A stretch of 64,000 bases of DNA from assembly GCA_023450615.1 (NCBI GenBank), contig JAEXGT010000018.1, forward strand, positions 8,808 to 72,807, read 5' to 3'. The notes under the pieces were generated by a model that saw only the letters and a program-made list of their open reading frames with translations, was not told the DNA's origin and did not search any database. The DNA comes from Pseudomonadota bacterium. GTDB lineage: Bacteria; Pseudomonadota; Alphaproteobacteria; Rhizobiales; Beijerinckiaceae. Position numbers and translations under genes: made by a program. Shown piece by piece: positions 18,888 to 27,035 of the stretch. Position 1 is the first letter of the stretch. Each line of letters opens with the position of its first letter.

Positions 18888-19849
18888 AATGGAAGATGCA
18901 GTCCACGACCGGTTCGCCCGGCCTCCGCGATGACCTCGGCCGCAATGGCGAGATCGCCGAGCGCGAAGCCCGGGAAAAGGAACATGGCGCGCTGCTTCTC
19001 ATGCGTACGGCCGGGAGCGGTCCCGCTCACGAGAGATGCCAGATCCGCATCGAAGGGACCGGGATAGCGGAGCTTGGCCCGATTGGCCGGATCCGCCGCC
19101 TGAGCATGATCGTCGGTTGCCAATATATCGAGAGAGCGCAGCATCTCGCCGCGCCAGGGTCGACCAAGATCGACTGCAGCCACAAAGCAACCGGGCCTCA
19201 GGAGTGAGGCGTCGATGAAAGGCTCAAGGCCGGGCTGCGCTGGAACAGTCGAGACGACCACGTCGCAGGCAAGCACCTCGTCCGGAGCATCCACCACCTC
19301 GGCATCAAGGCCGATGTCCCGGGCATGTGCGGCGAGCTTTTCCGCAGAGGAGCGGCCACGTGAGTTGCAGACAACCTTGCTTAGCCCCGGAAGCACATCC
19401 CGGAGATGGGCAAGATGCCCATAAGCCTGGGCGCCGCATCCGATGAAACCGATGGTGGAACTATCGGGACGGGCCAGATGGGAAGCCGCCAGAGCCGACA
19501 TGGCAGCGGTGCGAACCACTGTCAGGCTGGTCCCGTCGAGAACGGCCACCGGAACGCCGGTCGTAAAGTCGCTCACTACGATCAGGCCATTGACGTTCGG
19601 CAATCCGCGCTCGCTGTTATCGGCAGCGACGCCCACCCATTTCGTCGTCGCGAACGGAGGATCGGGCATGGCCGCGCAGAGCGATTGAAAGAAGTGCCCC
19701 GGTCCAACGGCCACCGTGAGCTTCGGCTGAACGTGGGTCCTTCCTTCGGCATGCAGGCGGAAAGCGTGCGCAAGCGCTTCGCGTACGGCTCGAGGCTTTA
19801 TGTCCAAAGCCGCAATGTCCTCACTGGAAAGATAAAGCAGCTTGCTCAT
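18884..19849 (-). CDS. Ornithine cyclodeaminase / mu-crystallin family protein
   Basis: About 320 aa with an internal Rossmann motif GFIGCGAQAYGHL and family-typical length and layout. ATG at 19849 is preceded by GAGGA. Confidence 0.75.
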   Translation of the reverse strand: MSKLLYLSSEDIAALDIKPRAVREALAHAFRLHAEGRTHVQPKLTVAVGPGHFFQSLCAAMPDPPFATTKWVGVAADNSERGLPNVNGLIVVSDFTTGVPVAVLDGTSLTVVRTAAMSALAASHLARPDSSTIGFIGCGAQAYGHLAHLRDVLPGLSKVVCNSRGRSSAEKLAAHARDIGLDAEVVDAPDEVLACDVVVSTVPAQPGLEPFIDASLLRPGCFVAAVDLGRPWRGEMLRSLDILATDDHAQAADPANRAKLRYPGPFDADLASLVSGTAPGRTHEKQRAMFLFPGFALGDLAIAAEVIAEAGRTGRGLHLPL

Positions 19850-19854
19850 TGTCC

Positions 19855-21039
19855 TCACCCTGCCCTGTTATTGCTGGACGCTGCCGGCATATCGAATTCT
19901 CGCGCCAGCTTGTCCGAAACCTGCACGGTATTCTTGAAACGGCCGATGGAGAAAATGTCGATCGGCGTGTCGGTCTTGCCGTCCACGATGAGATCGACAA
20001 GCACCGCGGCAACTCCAGGGCCGACCTGAAAACCGTGCCCGCAGAATCCGAAGGCATGAAACAGGCCGGGCGTCGTCTCGCTCTTGCCTATGACGGGCAG
20101 CATGTCGGGCAGATACCCCTCGATGCCCGACCACACGCGAATGACCTGCGTCGATTTCAGGAACGGTGCGATGTTCATGAGATTGCGCATGCCGGCGAGT
20201 GTCTTCACCGGCGGCACAGGAGCCCGGTTGAGCACGGGATCGGCGGCAGTTCGAGGATAGCCTGCGAAGATCACGTTACCGCGCGGGATCTGTCGGAAGA
20301 TGACCGAGCCGTCGACGGCCTGAACTGAGGGAGTGACCCGATAGGGAACGGGTTCTGTCACGAATTGGGGAGGACCGGCTGCGAACATTGGCGCAGTCTC
20401 GCCAAACGCTTCCGCAATGTTCAAAGCCCAGGCGCCTGCGGAGTTCACCACCGCATCGCAATCCAGCATACGCCCGGTATCGGTCTTGACCGTGAAACCC
20501 GCGCCGTTGCGCTGCACTTCCGTGACCCGCGTATTCTCCGCGATTTCTGCGCCGAGGCGTTGCGCGGCTCTTGCGACAGCCACCGACACGAGGCGAGGAT
20601 TGGCCGTGGCATCGCGAGCCGAATAGGTCGCGGTCTGCGGCCCCTCTCCGATCCAGGGCCACCGGCGACGAAGCTCGTCACGGCCGATGCGTTCGATCAC
20701 GAGGCCGTGGCTCTCGGCGACACGCGCGTGCTGCTCCAGCTTTTCCTGCTCGGCGTCGTTCATCCCGACATAGAGATGACCCGTCCTCTCGAACTCGCAC
20801 CTGTCGCCGATGAGCTGTTCGATATCTTCCCAAAGCGCCTGAGACCTGAGCGACAATGGATATTGCCCCGGATGGCGTCCCTGAAGGCGCAGGTTGCCGA
20901 AATTCGTTCCGCTCGATTGGGCGCCGACGATGCCCTTCTCGATCAGGATGACATCCAGTCCGCGCTTGGTCAGGAACAAGGTTGTCCAGGTGCCTATGAG
21001 CCCACCGCCGACAACGACGACCCGCATCTTCGTCTTCAT
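19855..21039 (-). CDS. FAD-dependent oxidoreductase, HcnC/OoxB/sarcosine-oxidase-beta-like subunit
   Basis: MRVVVVGGGLIGTWTTLFL FAD motif; 394 aa. ATGA overlap with the upstream gene. Confidence 0.8.
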   Translation of the reverse strand: MKTKMRVVVVGGGLIGTWTTLFLTKRGLDVILIEKGIVGAQSSGTNFGNLRLQGRHPGQYPLSLRSQALWEDIEQLIGDRCEFERTGHLYVGMNDAEQEKLEQHARVAESHGLVIERIGRDELRRRWPWIGEGPQTATYSARDATANPRLVSVAVARAAQRLGAEIAENTRVTEVQRNGAGFTVKTDTGRMLDCDAVVNSAGAWALNIAEAFGETAPMFAAGPPQFVTEPVPYRVTPSVQAVDGSVIFRQIPRGNVIFAGYPRTAADPVLNRAPVPPVKTLAGMRNLMNIAPFLKSTQVIRVWSGIEGYLPDMLPVIGKSETTPGLFHAFGFCGHGFQVGPGVAAVLVDLIVDGKTDTPIDIFSIGRFKNTVQVSDKLAREFDMPAASSNNRAG

Positions 21040-22403
21040 GGCTCCATCTCCGCCGCGGCATGAAGAGGAACAGGCTTCACCGGCGCCTGCATGCGCAACC
21101 GCCCGGCTTCCGCAATCGGTCTATCGCACACCCCGGCCACGATTTCCTGCAAGGCCGGGCCGCAGAACCGTCCCTGGCATCGGCCCATGCCGCAGCGCGT
21201 GATCGCCTTGACGCGATTGACTTCCCGCGGCCCCAAGGGCGCACGGACCGCCGCTCGGATTTCTCCGACCGTCACCGCCTCGCACCGGCAAGCGATTGTT
21301 TCATCCGCAAGATTTGCCGCCTGCGCGACCGGCCATGCGAAAGCCTTGGCAAGCCCCCGCTGGAATTTCCGCAACCGCTCGACTTCCCTCCGCAAATGGG
21401 TCATCTCGCCCTCGGGCCGTGGTCGCCCCATATCTGCAAGCAGCGCGTGAGCAGCAAGCGCACCACTGGCTTCTGCCGCATCCGCACCGCCGATGGCTGC
21501 GCCATCGCCCGCCAGATACAGATCTCCTCCCGCCCGTCCGTCGAGGTCCGTTTCCGGCAACCAAAGCCGGAAGTTCGAATCGAACTGGAAACGCGCCCCG
21601 GCCAACTCCGCCAGCTGCGTCTCCGGCTTAAGGCCATAGCCGTATGCGACGGCATCGCAGGGGATGAGCCTTTCGCGTCCTCTGCCATCGGTGACCCGAA
21701 CGCCCTCGACATACTTTTCACCGTCGATTCCACGTGGGGTCGCACCATCGATGATGGGGATGCCCGCCATATGAAGGGCCGCCCGGTACATGATGCCCCG
21801 CGCCAAGGTACGCGGGCTCGCCGCGAGATCGCGCAAGGCGGCCCGCTTCGCGGAAAGCGGTGTCGTATCCACGACTGCCGCAATCGAAGCGCCGGACTTG
21901 TGGTATTGCAGCGCGGCCAGGAACAGCAGCGGAGAGCTTCCCAGGAAGACGATGCGGCGGCCGATCAGGCATCCTTGATCTTTGAGGATCACCTGCGCGC
22001 CGCCCAGAGTGAAGACCCCTGGCAGCGTCCATCCCGGCAGCGGCATAGTTCGGTCCGTGGCGCCAGTTGCGAGGATCAGCGCGTCATATGGGATCGTGCC
22101 TGCCACGCCGTCACACAGGGAATGCAGAACCTTGTCATGGACGCCCCAGACAAGGGTGCCGGGCCGATAATCAATCCGCTCCTGGATAGAGGCGAAGAGC
22201 GAATGCAGGCGCAGATATTTCCCTGCCTCCGATCCCATCAACGACTTGATGTTCAATGCAAGGTTTTTGGACGGTGCGCGATAGCCCTGACCTCCCACCT
22301 GCCGCGTCTCGTTCACGAGAATGGGCTTCAGGCCAGCCTCGACCAGAACGGATGCCGCTCGTATCCCAGCCGGGCCGCCACCGACGATCACCACGTTACG
22401 CAT
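21036..22403 (-). CDS. FAD/NAD(P)-binding oxidoreductase, HcnB/OoxA-like subunit with a BFD-like [2Fe-2S] segment
   Basis: VVIVGGGPAGIRAA motif, a second dinucleotide motif, and a C-terminal CRCEAVTVGEI...CGMGRCQGRFC cysteine cluster. Confidence 0.8.
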   Translation of the reverse strand: MRNVVIVGGGPAGIRAASVLVEAGLKPILVNETRQVGGQGYRAPSKNLALNIKSLMGSEAGKYLRLHSLFASIQERIDYRPGTLVWGVHDKVLHSLCDGVAGTIPYDALILATGATDRTMPLPGWTLPGVFTLGGAQVILKDQGCLIGRRIVFLGSSPLLFLAALQYHKSGASIAAVVDTTPLSAKRAALRDLAASPRTLARGIMYRAALHMAGIPIIDGATPRGIDGEKYVEGVRVTDGRGRERLIPCDAVAYGYGLKPETQLAELAGARFQFDSNFRLWLPETDLDGRAGGDLYLAGDGAAIGGADAAEASGALAAHALLADMGRPRPEGEMTHLRREVERLRKFQRGLAKAFAWPVAQAANLADETIACRCEAVTVGEIRAAVRAPLGPREVNRVKAITRCGMGRCQGRFCGPALQEIVAGVCDRPIAEAGRLRMQAPVKPVPLHAAAEMEP

Positions 22404-22734
22404 CGGTCTGAGCCTTCTGCTGATCGGTCGATATGGTCATGCCATCGGCCGCGAGAGTCGTGCAGGCTCTTACGCGCTCGCCATCTCCGAGCGAGACCCA
22501 GCAATCCTGACAGGCTCCCATGAGGCAGAACCCGGCGCGCGGCACGCCACCGAATTCGAGGCTCCGGACAGCTCTTCCATTCAACAGAAGCACCGCAAGC
22601 AGACTGTCGCCTTCAATGGCCTCGACCGCTGTTCCATCGATCGTCAGACGCAACGTAGCGCCTTGCCGAGGAACGGCCCTCACGAATTGCCCTTTATGCG
22701 CCATATGTCTCGGCCCGCCTGTCATCCTACGCAC
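22396..22734 (-). CDS. Small (2Fe-2S)-binding subunit, HcnA-like
   Basis: TIDGTAVEAIEGDSLLAVLL...GFCLMGACQDCWV is typical of HcnA / sarcosine-oxidase-alpha N-terminal type ferredoxin modules. The start is uncertain (22734 GTG, 22725 ATG or 22704 ATG). Confidence 0.7.
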   Translation of the reverse strand: MRRMTGGPRHMAHKGQFVRAVPRQGATLRLTIDGTAVEAIEGDSLLAVLLLNGRAVRSLEFGGVPRAGFCLMGACQDCWVSLGDGERVRACTTLAADGMTISTDQQKAQTDA

Positions 22735-22740
22735 ACACTT

Positions 22741-22757
22741 TTATCGCGATGCAATAA
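22741..22757 (-). promoter_or_regulatory. Candidate shared operator, copy 1 (reads TTATTGCATCGCGATAA on the minus strand)
   Basis: It lies in the leader of the flavoenzyme operon, 35 nt downstream of a CTTGAC -35-like box (22793-22798, minus sense). 14/17 identical to the site at 23760-23776. Confidence 0.35.
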
Positions 22758-22856
22758 CTTTTGTGGAATGGTAGGATTGACGGAAAACGCCTGTCAAGAA
22801 AAAGCCCGTCGATCTTTAGGGCAATACGCTTAAATATTGGCCGGGAGTGAGTGCGT

Positions 22857-23687
22857 TCAGGTCGACGAGACGGAATGTGCTCCCGAGATGATATGCATGG
22901 CGAACCGCTCTATGACTGCTTCTGGCGAGAAACGCGAAAGTGGGACGGCGATGTTGATTGCGCCTTCCGGGCGATTGTTTGCCGCCACAACCGCCGCAGC
23001 GATTGACGCGTCCCCACGATAGAATTCATCGAAGGCAGTGGCATATCCCTGCTCGCGCGAAACGCGGAGCTTCTTCACGAGATCGTCGAGCTTCCATGTC
23101 GTCAATGGCGTGTGCGCCTTTCGATCGGAGCGTTCGAGAATCGAAACGGCCTCGTCTTCCGGCAGACGCGATAGAATCGCCATGCCTGGAGCGGTGCAAT
23201 AGGCCGGCATGCGGGAGCCGATGATCACGTTCGTGTTAAGCATGTGCCGGCTCATGAAGCGGGAGATGAAGATGATCTCCGTGTCATCGAGCACGGTCAG
23301 GTTGACCGTCTCCTCTGTCTCTTTCGAGAGTTGCAGGAGATAAGGCATCGCCCGTTCCACGAGACGATTGCTGCGCAGGTAGTAGTACCCAAGTTGCAGC
23401 GTCTTGGCGGTTAGCTCGAACCGCTTCGTATCGGGATCTTTGCGCAAATAACCCAACTTCGTCAGCGTATGCGTGAAGCGTTGTGCCGCGCTCACATCCA
23501 TATCTGTTGCAGCAGCGATCTGAGAAAGGCTCAGGTTCATGCTCTGGTGATCGAAAGCCGAGAGTACACGAAAGGCTTTTTCCACTGACATTACCATCAG
23601 CGGATCTGTGGCACGGCCGCGCTTGGCCGGCTCTTCATCTTCAATCGTCTTCATTTTGCTGACCGTCATTCTTGAATTCTCTCGCAT
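22857..23687 (-). CDS. IclR family transcriptional regulator
   Basis: SVEKAFRVLSAF...LSLSQIAAATDMDVSAAQRFTHTLTKLGYL winged HTH followed by an IclR effector domain. The ATG at 23687 has a GAGG RBS; 23669 is an alternative start. Confidence 0.85.
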   Translation of the reverse strand: MRENSRMTVSKMKTIEDEEPAKRGRATDPLMVMSVEKAFRVLSAFDHQSMNLSLSQIAAATDMDVSAAQRFTHTLTKLGYLRKDPDTKRFELTAKTLQLGYYYLRSNRLVERAMPYLLQLSKETEETVNLTVLDDTEIIFISRFMSRHMLNTNVIIGSRMPAYCTAPGMAILSRLPEDEAVSILERSDRKAHTPLTTWKLDDLVKKLRVSREQGYATAFDEFYRGDASIAAAVVAANNRPEGAINIAVPLSRFSPEAVIERFAMHIISGAHSVSST

Positions 23688-23759
23688 GTGAACGGCCTCG
23701 ATAAAAATCTCAATAGCAGTTGACAACATGAGCAAGTTAAGCGGAACATACAATAAGAA

Positions 23760-23776
23760 CTATTGCATTGCAATAA
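23760..23776 (+). promoter_or_regulatory. Candidate shared operator, copy 2 (CTATTGCATTGCAATAA; core palindrome TATTGCA-T-TGCAATA)
   Basis: It lies in the iclR / crotonase divergent intergenic region, 34 nt downstream of TTGACA (23720-23725) and 19 nt upstream of the GTG start. Confidence 0.4.
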
Positions 23777-23795
23777 ACTATCAGGAGTTCCAGGC

Positions 23796-24569
23796 GTGGC
23801 TGAATTTATCTTGAGTGAAAAGAAGGGTGCTGTCGGCATCATCACCCTCAACCGTCCCCAGATTCTGAATGCCTGGAACACGGCCATGCGGGAGGAGCTG
23901 AGTGCGACCCTGACGGCCATGGAAGAGGAAGCCGAGGTTCGCGCCATCATTCTTACCGGCGCAGGCGATCGCGCTTTCGGCGCTGGCCAAGACCTCAATG
24001 AGACGAAGACCTTCGATCCGGATCGCGCCGAGTTGTGGATGGGCGAATGGGAGCGCCTCTATGACCGCATCCGTTCGCTCTCGAAGCCTATCATTGCCGC
24101 GCTGAACGGTGTCGCTGCCGGCTCAGCCTTCCAGGTGGCTCTTCTCTGCGACATCCGCGTCGGCCATCCCGGCGTGACGATGGGCCAGCCAGAGATCAAC
24201 TCCGGCATTGCCAGCTCCACCGGTCCCTGGATCATGCGCGAGCATATCGGTCTTGCAAGAACCATTGATCTCACGCTCACCGGACGCATGATGGATGCCG
24301 ATGAGTGTTACCGCATCGGCGTCATCAGCCGCCTGGTACCGCAGGACAAGGTGATGAGCGAGTCGCTTGCACTTGCAGAACTCCTCGCGAGCAAGCCCCC
24401 CGTCGCCATGCGCCTGAATCGCAAGCGCTTCCGTGAGATGACATCGGAAGGTTTCCACGACTGCCTTGCGGCGGGCGTTCGCATCCAGCGCGAAGCATAC
24501 GCAACCGGCGAGCCGGCTCGGATGATGGAAGAGTTTTTGGCTCGCAAGGCCGCGGCAAAGAAGGGCTAA
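23796..24569 (+). CDS. Enoyl-CoA hydratase/isomerase (crotonase) family protein
   Basis: GAVGIITLNRPQILNAW, ILTGAGDRAFGAGQDL and IAALNGVAAGSAFQVALLCD oxyanion-hole blocks. GTG at 23796 lies 8 nt after AGGAG. Confidence 0.85.
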   Translation: MAEFILSEKKGAVGIITLNRPQILNAWNTAMREELSATLTAMEEEAEVRAIILTGAGDRAFGAGQDLNETKTFDPDRAELWMGEWERLYDRIRSLSKPIIAALNGVAAGSAFQVALLCDIRVGHPGVTMGQPEINSGIASSTGPWIMREHIGLARTIDLTLTGRMMDADECYRIGVISRLVPQDKVMSESLALAELLASKPPVAMRLNRKRFREMTSEGFHDCLAAGVRIQREAYATGEPARMMEEFLARKAAAKKG

Positions 24570-24629
24570 AGCCCCTGCCATAACCACGAGGGAATGCAGG
24601 TCAGCGACCTGCGAAACTGGAGGACGAAC

Positions 24630-25697
24630 ATGAGCGATACCAATCTGACCATCAATCGGCGAAACCTGTTCAAGACGGCAGGTGGAGCAGCGCTGGCTCT
24701 CGGAATGCCGGGCTTCGCCGGCCGGGCTCTGGCGGCAACGACGATCACCGTCGCCGATCCCGGCGGCCCCTTCGGCCAAGCATTCCGGAAAGCCTTCTAC
24801 GATCCGTTCGAGAAGGCGACCGGCATCAAGGTCGTCAACGTGGCCCGCGAAGCCGAGCCCACGGCTCAGTTCAAGGCAATCGTCGAAACGAAGTCCTATA
24901 CCTGGGACGTCTGCACGCTGACACTCTCGGCACGCGACATTCTGGTGAAGCAGAACCTTCTGGAGCCCATCGGCTTCACACGCGATGCTGCACCTGGTTT
25001 GATGCCTGAAGGCATTACCGATTACTGGATGGGCACGGACGTGTATTCCGCGGTCTTCGCCTACCGGAATGACCACTTCAAGGACAATGCGCCGAAAAGC
25101 TGGGCCGATTTCTGGAACGTGGAAAAGTTCCCTGGCCGCCGCTCCCTGCGCAAGAATCCCATCGATACCCTCGAGCAGGCTTTGTTGGCCGACGGCGTGC
25201 CGCTCGATCAGCTCTATCCGCTCGACGTCGACCGCGCCTTCAAGAGCCTGGACAAGATCAAGCAGCACATTGCCGTGTGGTGGACAGGCGGCGCGCAGTC
25301 GACGCAGCTTCTGCAGAGCGGTGAGGTCGATCTCATTTCCGGCTGGAACGCACGCCTCCAATCGGCCATCGATGGCGGCACGCCGGCCACGATCATCTGG
25401 GATCAGGGCCTCTACTCCATCGAGGGCTGGGCTATTCCGAAGGGTTGCCCGCGCGCAGACGCCGCGAAGCAGTTCATCAAGTTCTGCTCGGCTCCTGATC
25501 GTCAGGCCGCCTTCACGGATTCCCTGGCCTATGGCCCGACCAACCTCGATGCTTACAAGAGCATCTCGGCTGAGCGCGCGAAGTTCCTGCCGACATCGCC
25601 CGACAATCTCAAGAAGATGCGGGTCGCCGACGAGAACTGGTGGAGCGCGAACCGTGCTGCGGTGACCGAACGCTTCAACAGCTGGCTGCTGAGCTAA
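24630..25697 (+). CDS. ABC transporter substrate-binding protein, PotD/PotF-like, Tat-type signal
   Basis: Twin-arginine leader INRRNLFKTAGGAALALGMPGFAGRALA. GGAGGA RBS. It is followed by a PotA-like ATPase and PotB/C-like permease domains. Confidence 0.8.
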   Translation: MSDTNLTINRRNLFKTAGGAALALGMPGFAGRALAATTITVADPGGPFGQAFRKAFYDPFEKATGIKVVNVAREAEPTAQFKAIVETKSYTWDVCTLTLSARDILVKQNLLEPIGFTRDAAPGLMPEGITDYWMGTDVYSAVFAYRNDHFKDNAPKSWADFWNVEKFPGRRSLRKNPIDTLEQALLADGVPLDQLYPLDVDRAFKSLDKIKQHIAVWWTGGAQSTQLLQSGEVDLISGWNARLQSAIDGGTPATIIWDQGLYSIEGWAIPKGCPRADAAKQFIKFCSAPDRQAAFTDSLAYGPTNLDAYKSISAERAKFLPTSPDNLKKMRVADENWWSANRAAVTERFNSWLLS

Positions 25698-25704
25698 GCA
25701 CAGA

Positions 25705-25746
25705 CGCCGCCGCCTCGATCCATAAAGCGCGAGAGAGGCGGCGGCG
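25705..25746 (+). terminator. Intercistronic 12-bp perfect stem-loop after the binding-protein gene (attenuator or mRNA-stabiliser candidate)
   Basis: CGCCGCCGCCTC (25705-25716) pairs with GAGGCGGCGGCG (25735-25746). Only a weak T-tract (CATTTCG) follows. Confidence 0.35.
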
Positions 25747-25958
25747 CATTTCGACAGGACTGAGTCGTGTTTCACGGTCCGGCTGCGCGTGAGCCTTTGC
25801 TGACGCCTGGCGGCTCGGCTGCGGAGTCATATGCTTCGTGATCGCACTCAGGCTTCGCGGAGTCTGTTTTTATTGCATTTTTCGACTGGGCGGATGTCGC
25901 GGATCCATTCACCGCCACGCCCGCACACGGCTTCGAGTTGAAGGAAGGAAGGGCTACG

Positions 25959-27035
25959 ATGACCACGGTAGCGAAGAATGGCGTAACCGCGCCGAAGCTG
26001 ATCATTGAAGGCCTGTCAAAGCAATATGGCTCCGTGACAGCGCTGGAACCGACCCATCTCACCGTACCGACAGGGGAATTCCTCACCCTGCTCGGACCGT
26101 CCGGATCGGGAAAAACGACGCTGCTGCAGATGGTCTGCGGCCTCGTCGAGCCGACCTCGGGCCGCATTCTCATCGATGGCCGCGACCAGACTCACACGCC
26201 TGTCCACCAGCGCGATATCGGTCTCGTGTTTCAGCACTACGCGCTTTTTCCGCACCTGACCGTCGCCGAGAACATCGAGTTCCCGCTGCGCATGCGCGCC
26301 ATGCCGGCGACCGAACTCAAGCAGCGGGTCAAGGACGTGCTGGCGATGGTCCAGCTCGATCATCTCGCCGCGCGCTTCCCCCGAGAGTTGTCCGGCGGCC
26401 AGCAGCAGCGCGTCGCCCTCGCCCGCTCCTTCGTCTACCAGCCGTCGATCATCCTCATGGACGAGCCGCTGGGCGCACTCGACAAGAAGCTGCGCGAGCA
26501 CATGCAGATCGAGATCAAGCAGCTCCATCGCGAGACAGGCGCAACCATCATCTATGTCACGCACGATCAGGAAGAGGCGCTCGCCATGTCTGATCGGATC
26601 TGCCTGATGAATCATGCCCGGATTGAGCAGCTCGGCTCTCCCCATGAGATTTATGCGCATCCGGCGACAGCCTTCGCCGCCGACTTCATCGGCATCTCGA
26701 ACATCTTCCGCGGTAAAGTCGACAGCGCCAATGGAGAGGCTCGCCTCGCTACGAAGCACGGGCGCTTCCGTCTGCCAACGGGCGCTTCGCATTCCGGTGC
26801 GGAGGCGGCCATCGTTGTCCGCCCTGAGCAGATCAGCCTCGGGGGTGACCACGGCAACACCGTCGTAGGCCGTGTCGCCGACGCGGTTTACGCCGGATCC
26901 GAGACGCGGCTCATCGTCGATCTCGATGAGGGCGAAACGGTTATCGTGCGCCTGCCGCCGGGCCATCCCGCACCCGCCTATGGAGAACGCGCCACCCTGG
27001 GCTGGAACCCGGATGCGGCGGTTCTGGTGCCATGA
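25959..27035 (+). CDS. ABC transporter ATP-binding protein (PotA-like)
   Basis: Walker A GPSGSGKTT, LSGGQQQRVALARS and ILMDEPLGALD. ATG at 25959 follows GAAGGAAGGAAGGG. Confidence 0.9.
   Translation: MTTVAKNGVTAPKLIIEGLSKQYGSVTALEPTHLTVPTGEFLTLLGPSGSGKTTLLQMVCGLVEPTSGRILIDGRDQTHTPVHQRDIGLVFQHYALFPHLTVAENIEFPLRMRAMPATELKQRVKDVLAMVQLDHLAARFPRELSGGQQQRVALARSFVYQPSIILMDEPLGALDKKLREHMQIEIKQLHRETGATIIYVTHDQEEALAMSDRICLMNHARIEQLGSPHEIYAHPATAFAADFIGISNIFRGKVDSANGEARLATKHGRFRLPTGASHSGAEAAIVVRPEQISLGGDHGNTVVGRVADAVYAGSETRLIVDLDEGETVIVRLPPGHPAPAYGERATLGWNPDAAVLVP

Noticed and set aside
24123-25775. 550-aa minus-strand ORF
   Set aside because: It is antisense to the crotonase 3' end and the entire PotD-like SBP gene, both of which have clear family motifs, an RBS and a signal peptide. 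The antisense product has no recognisable domain.
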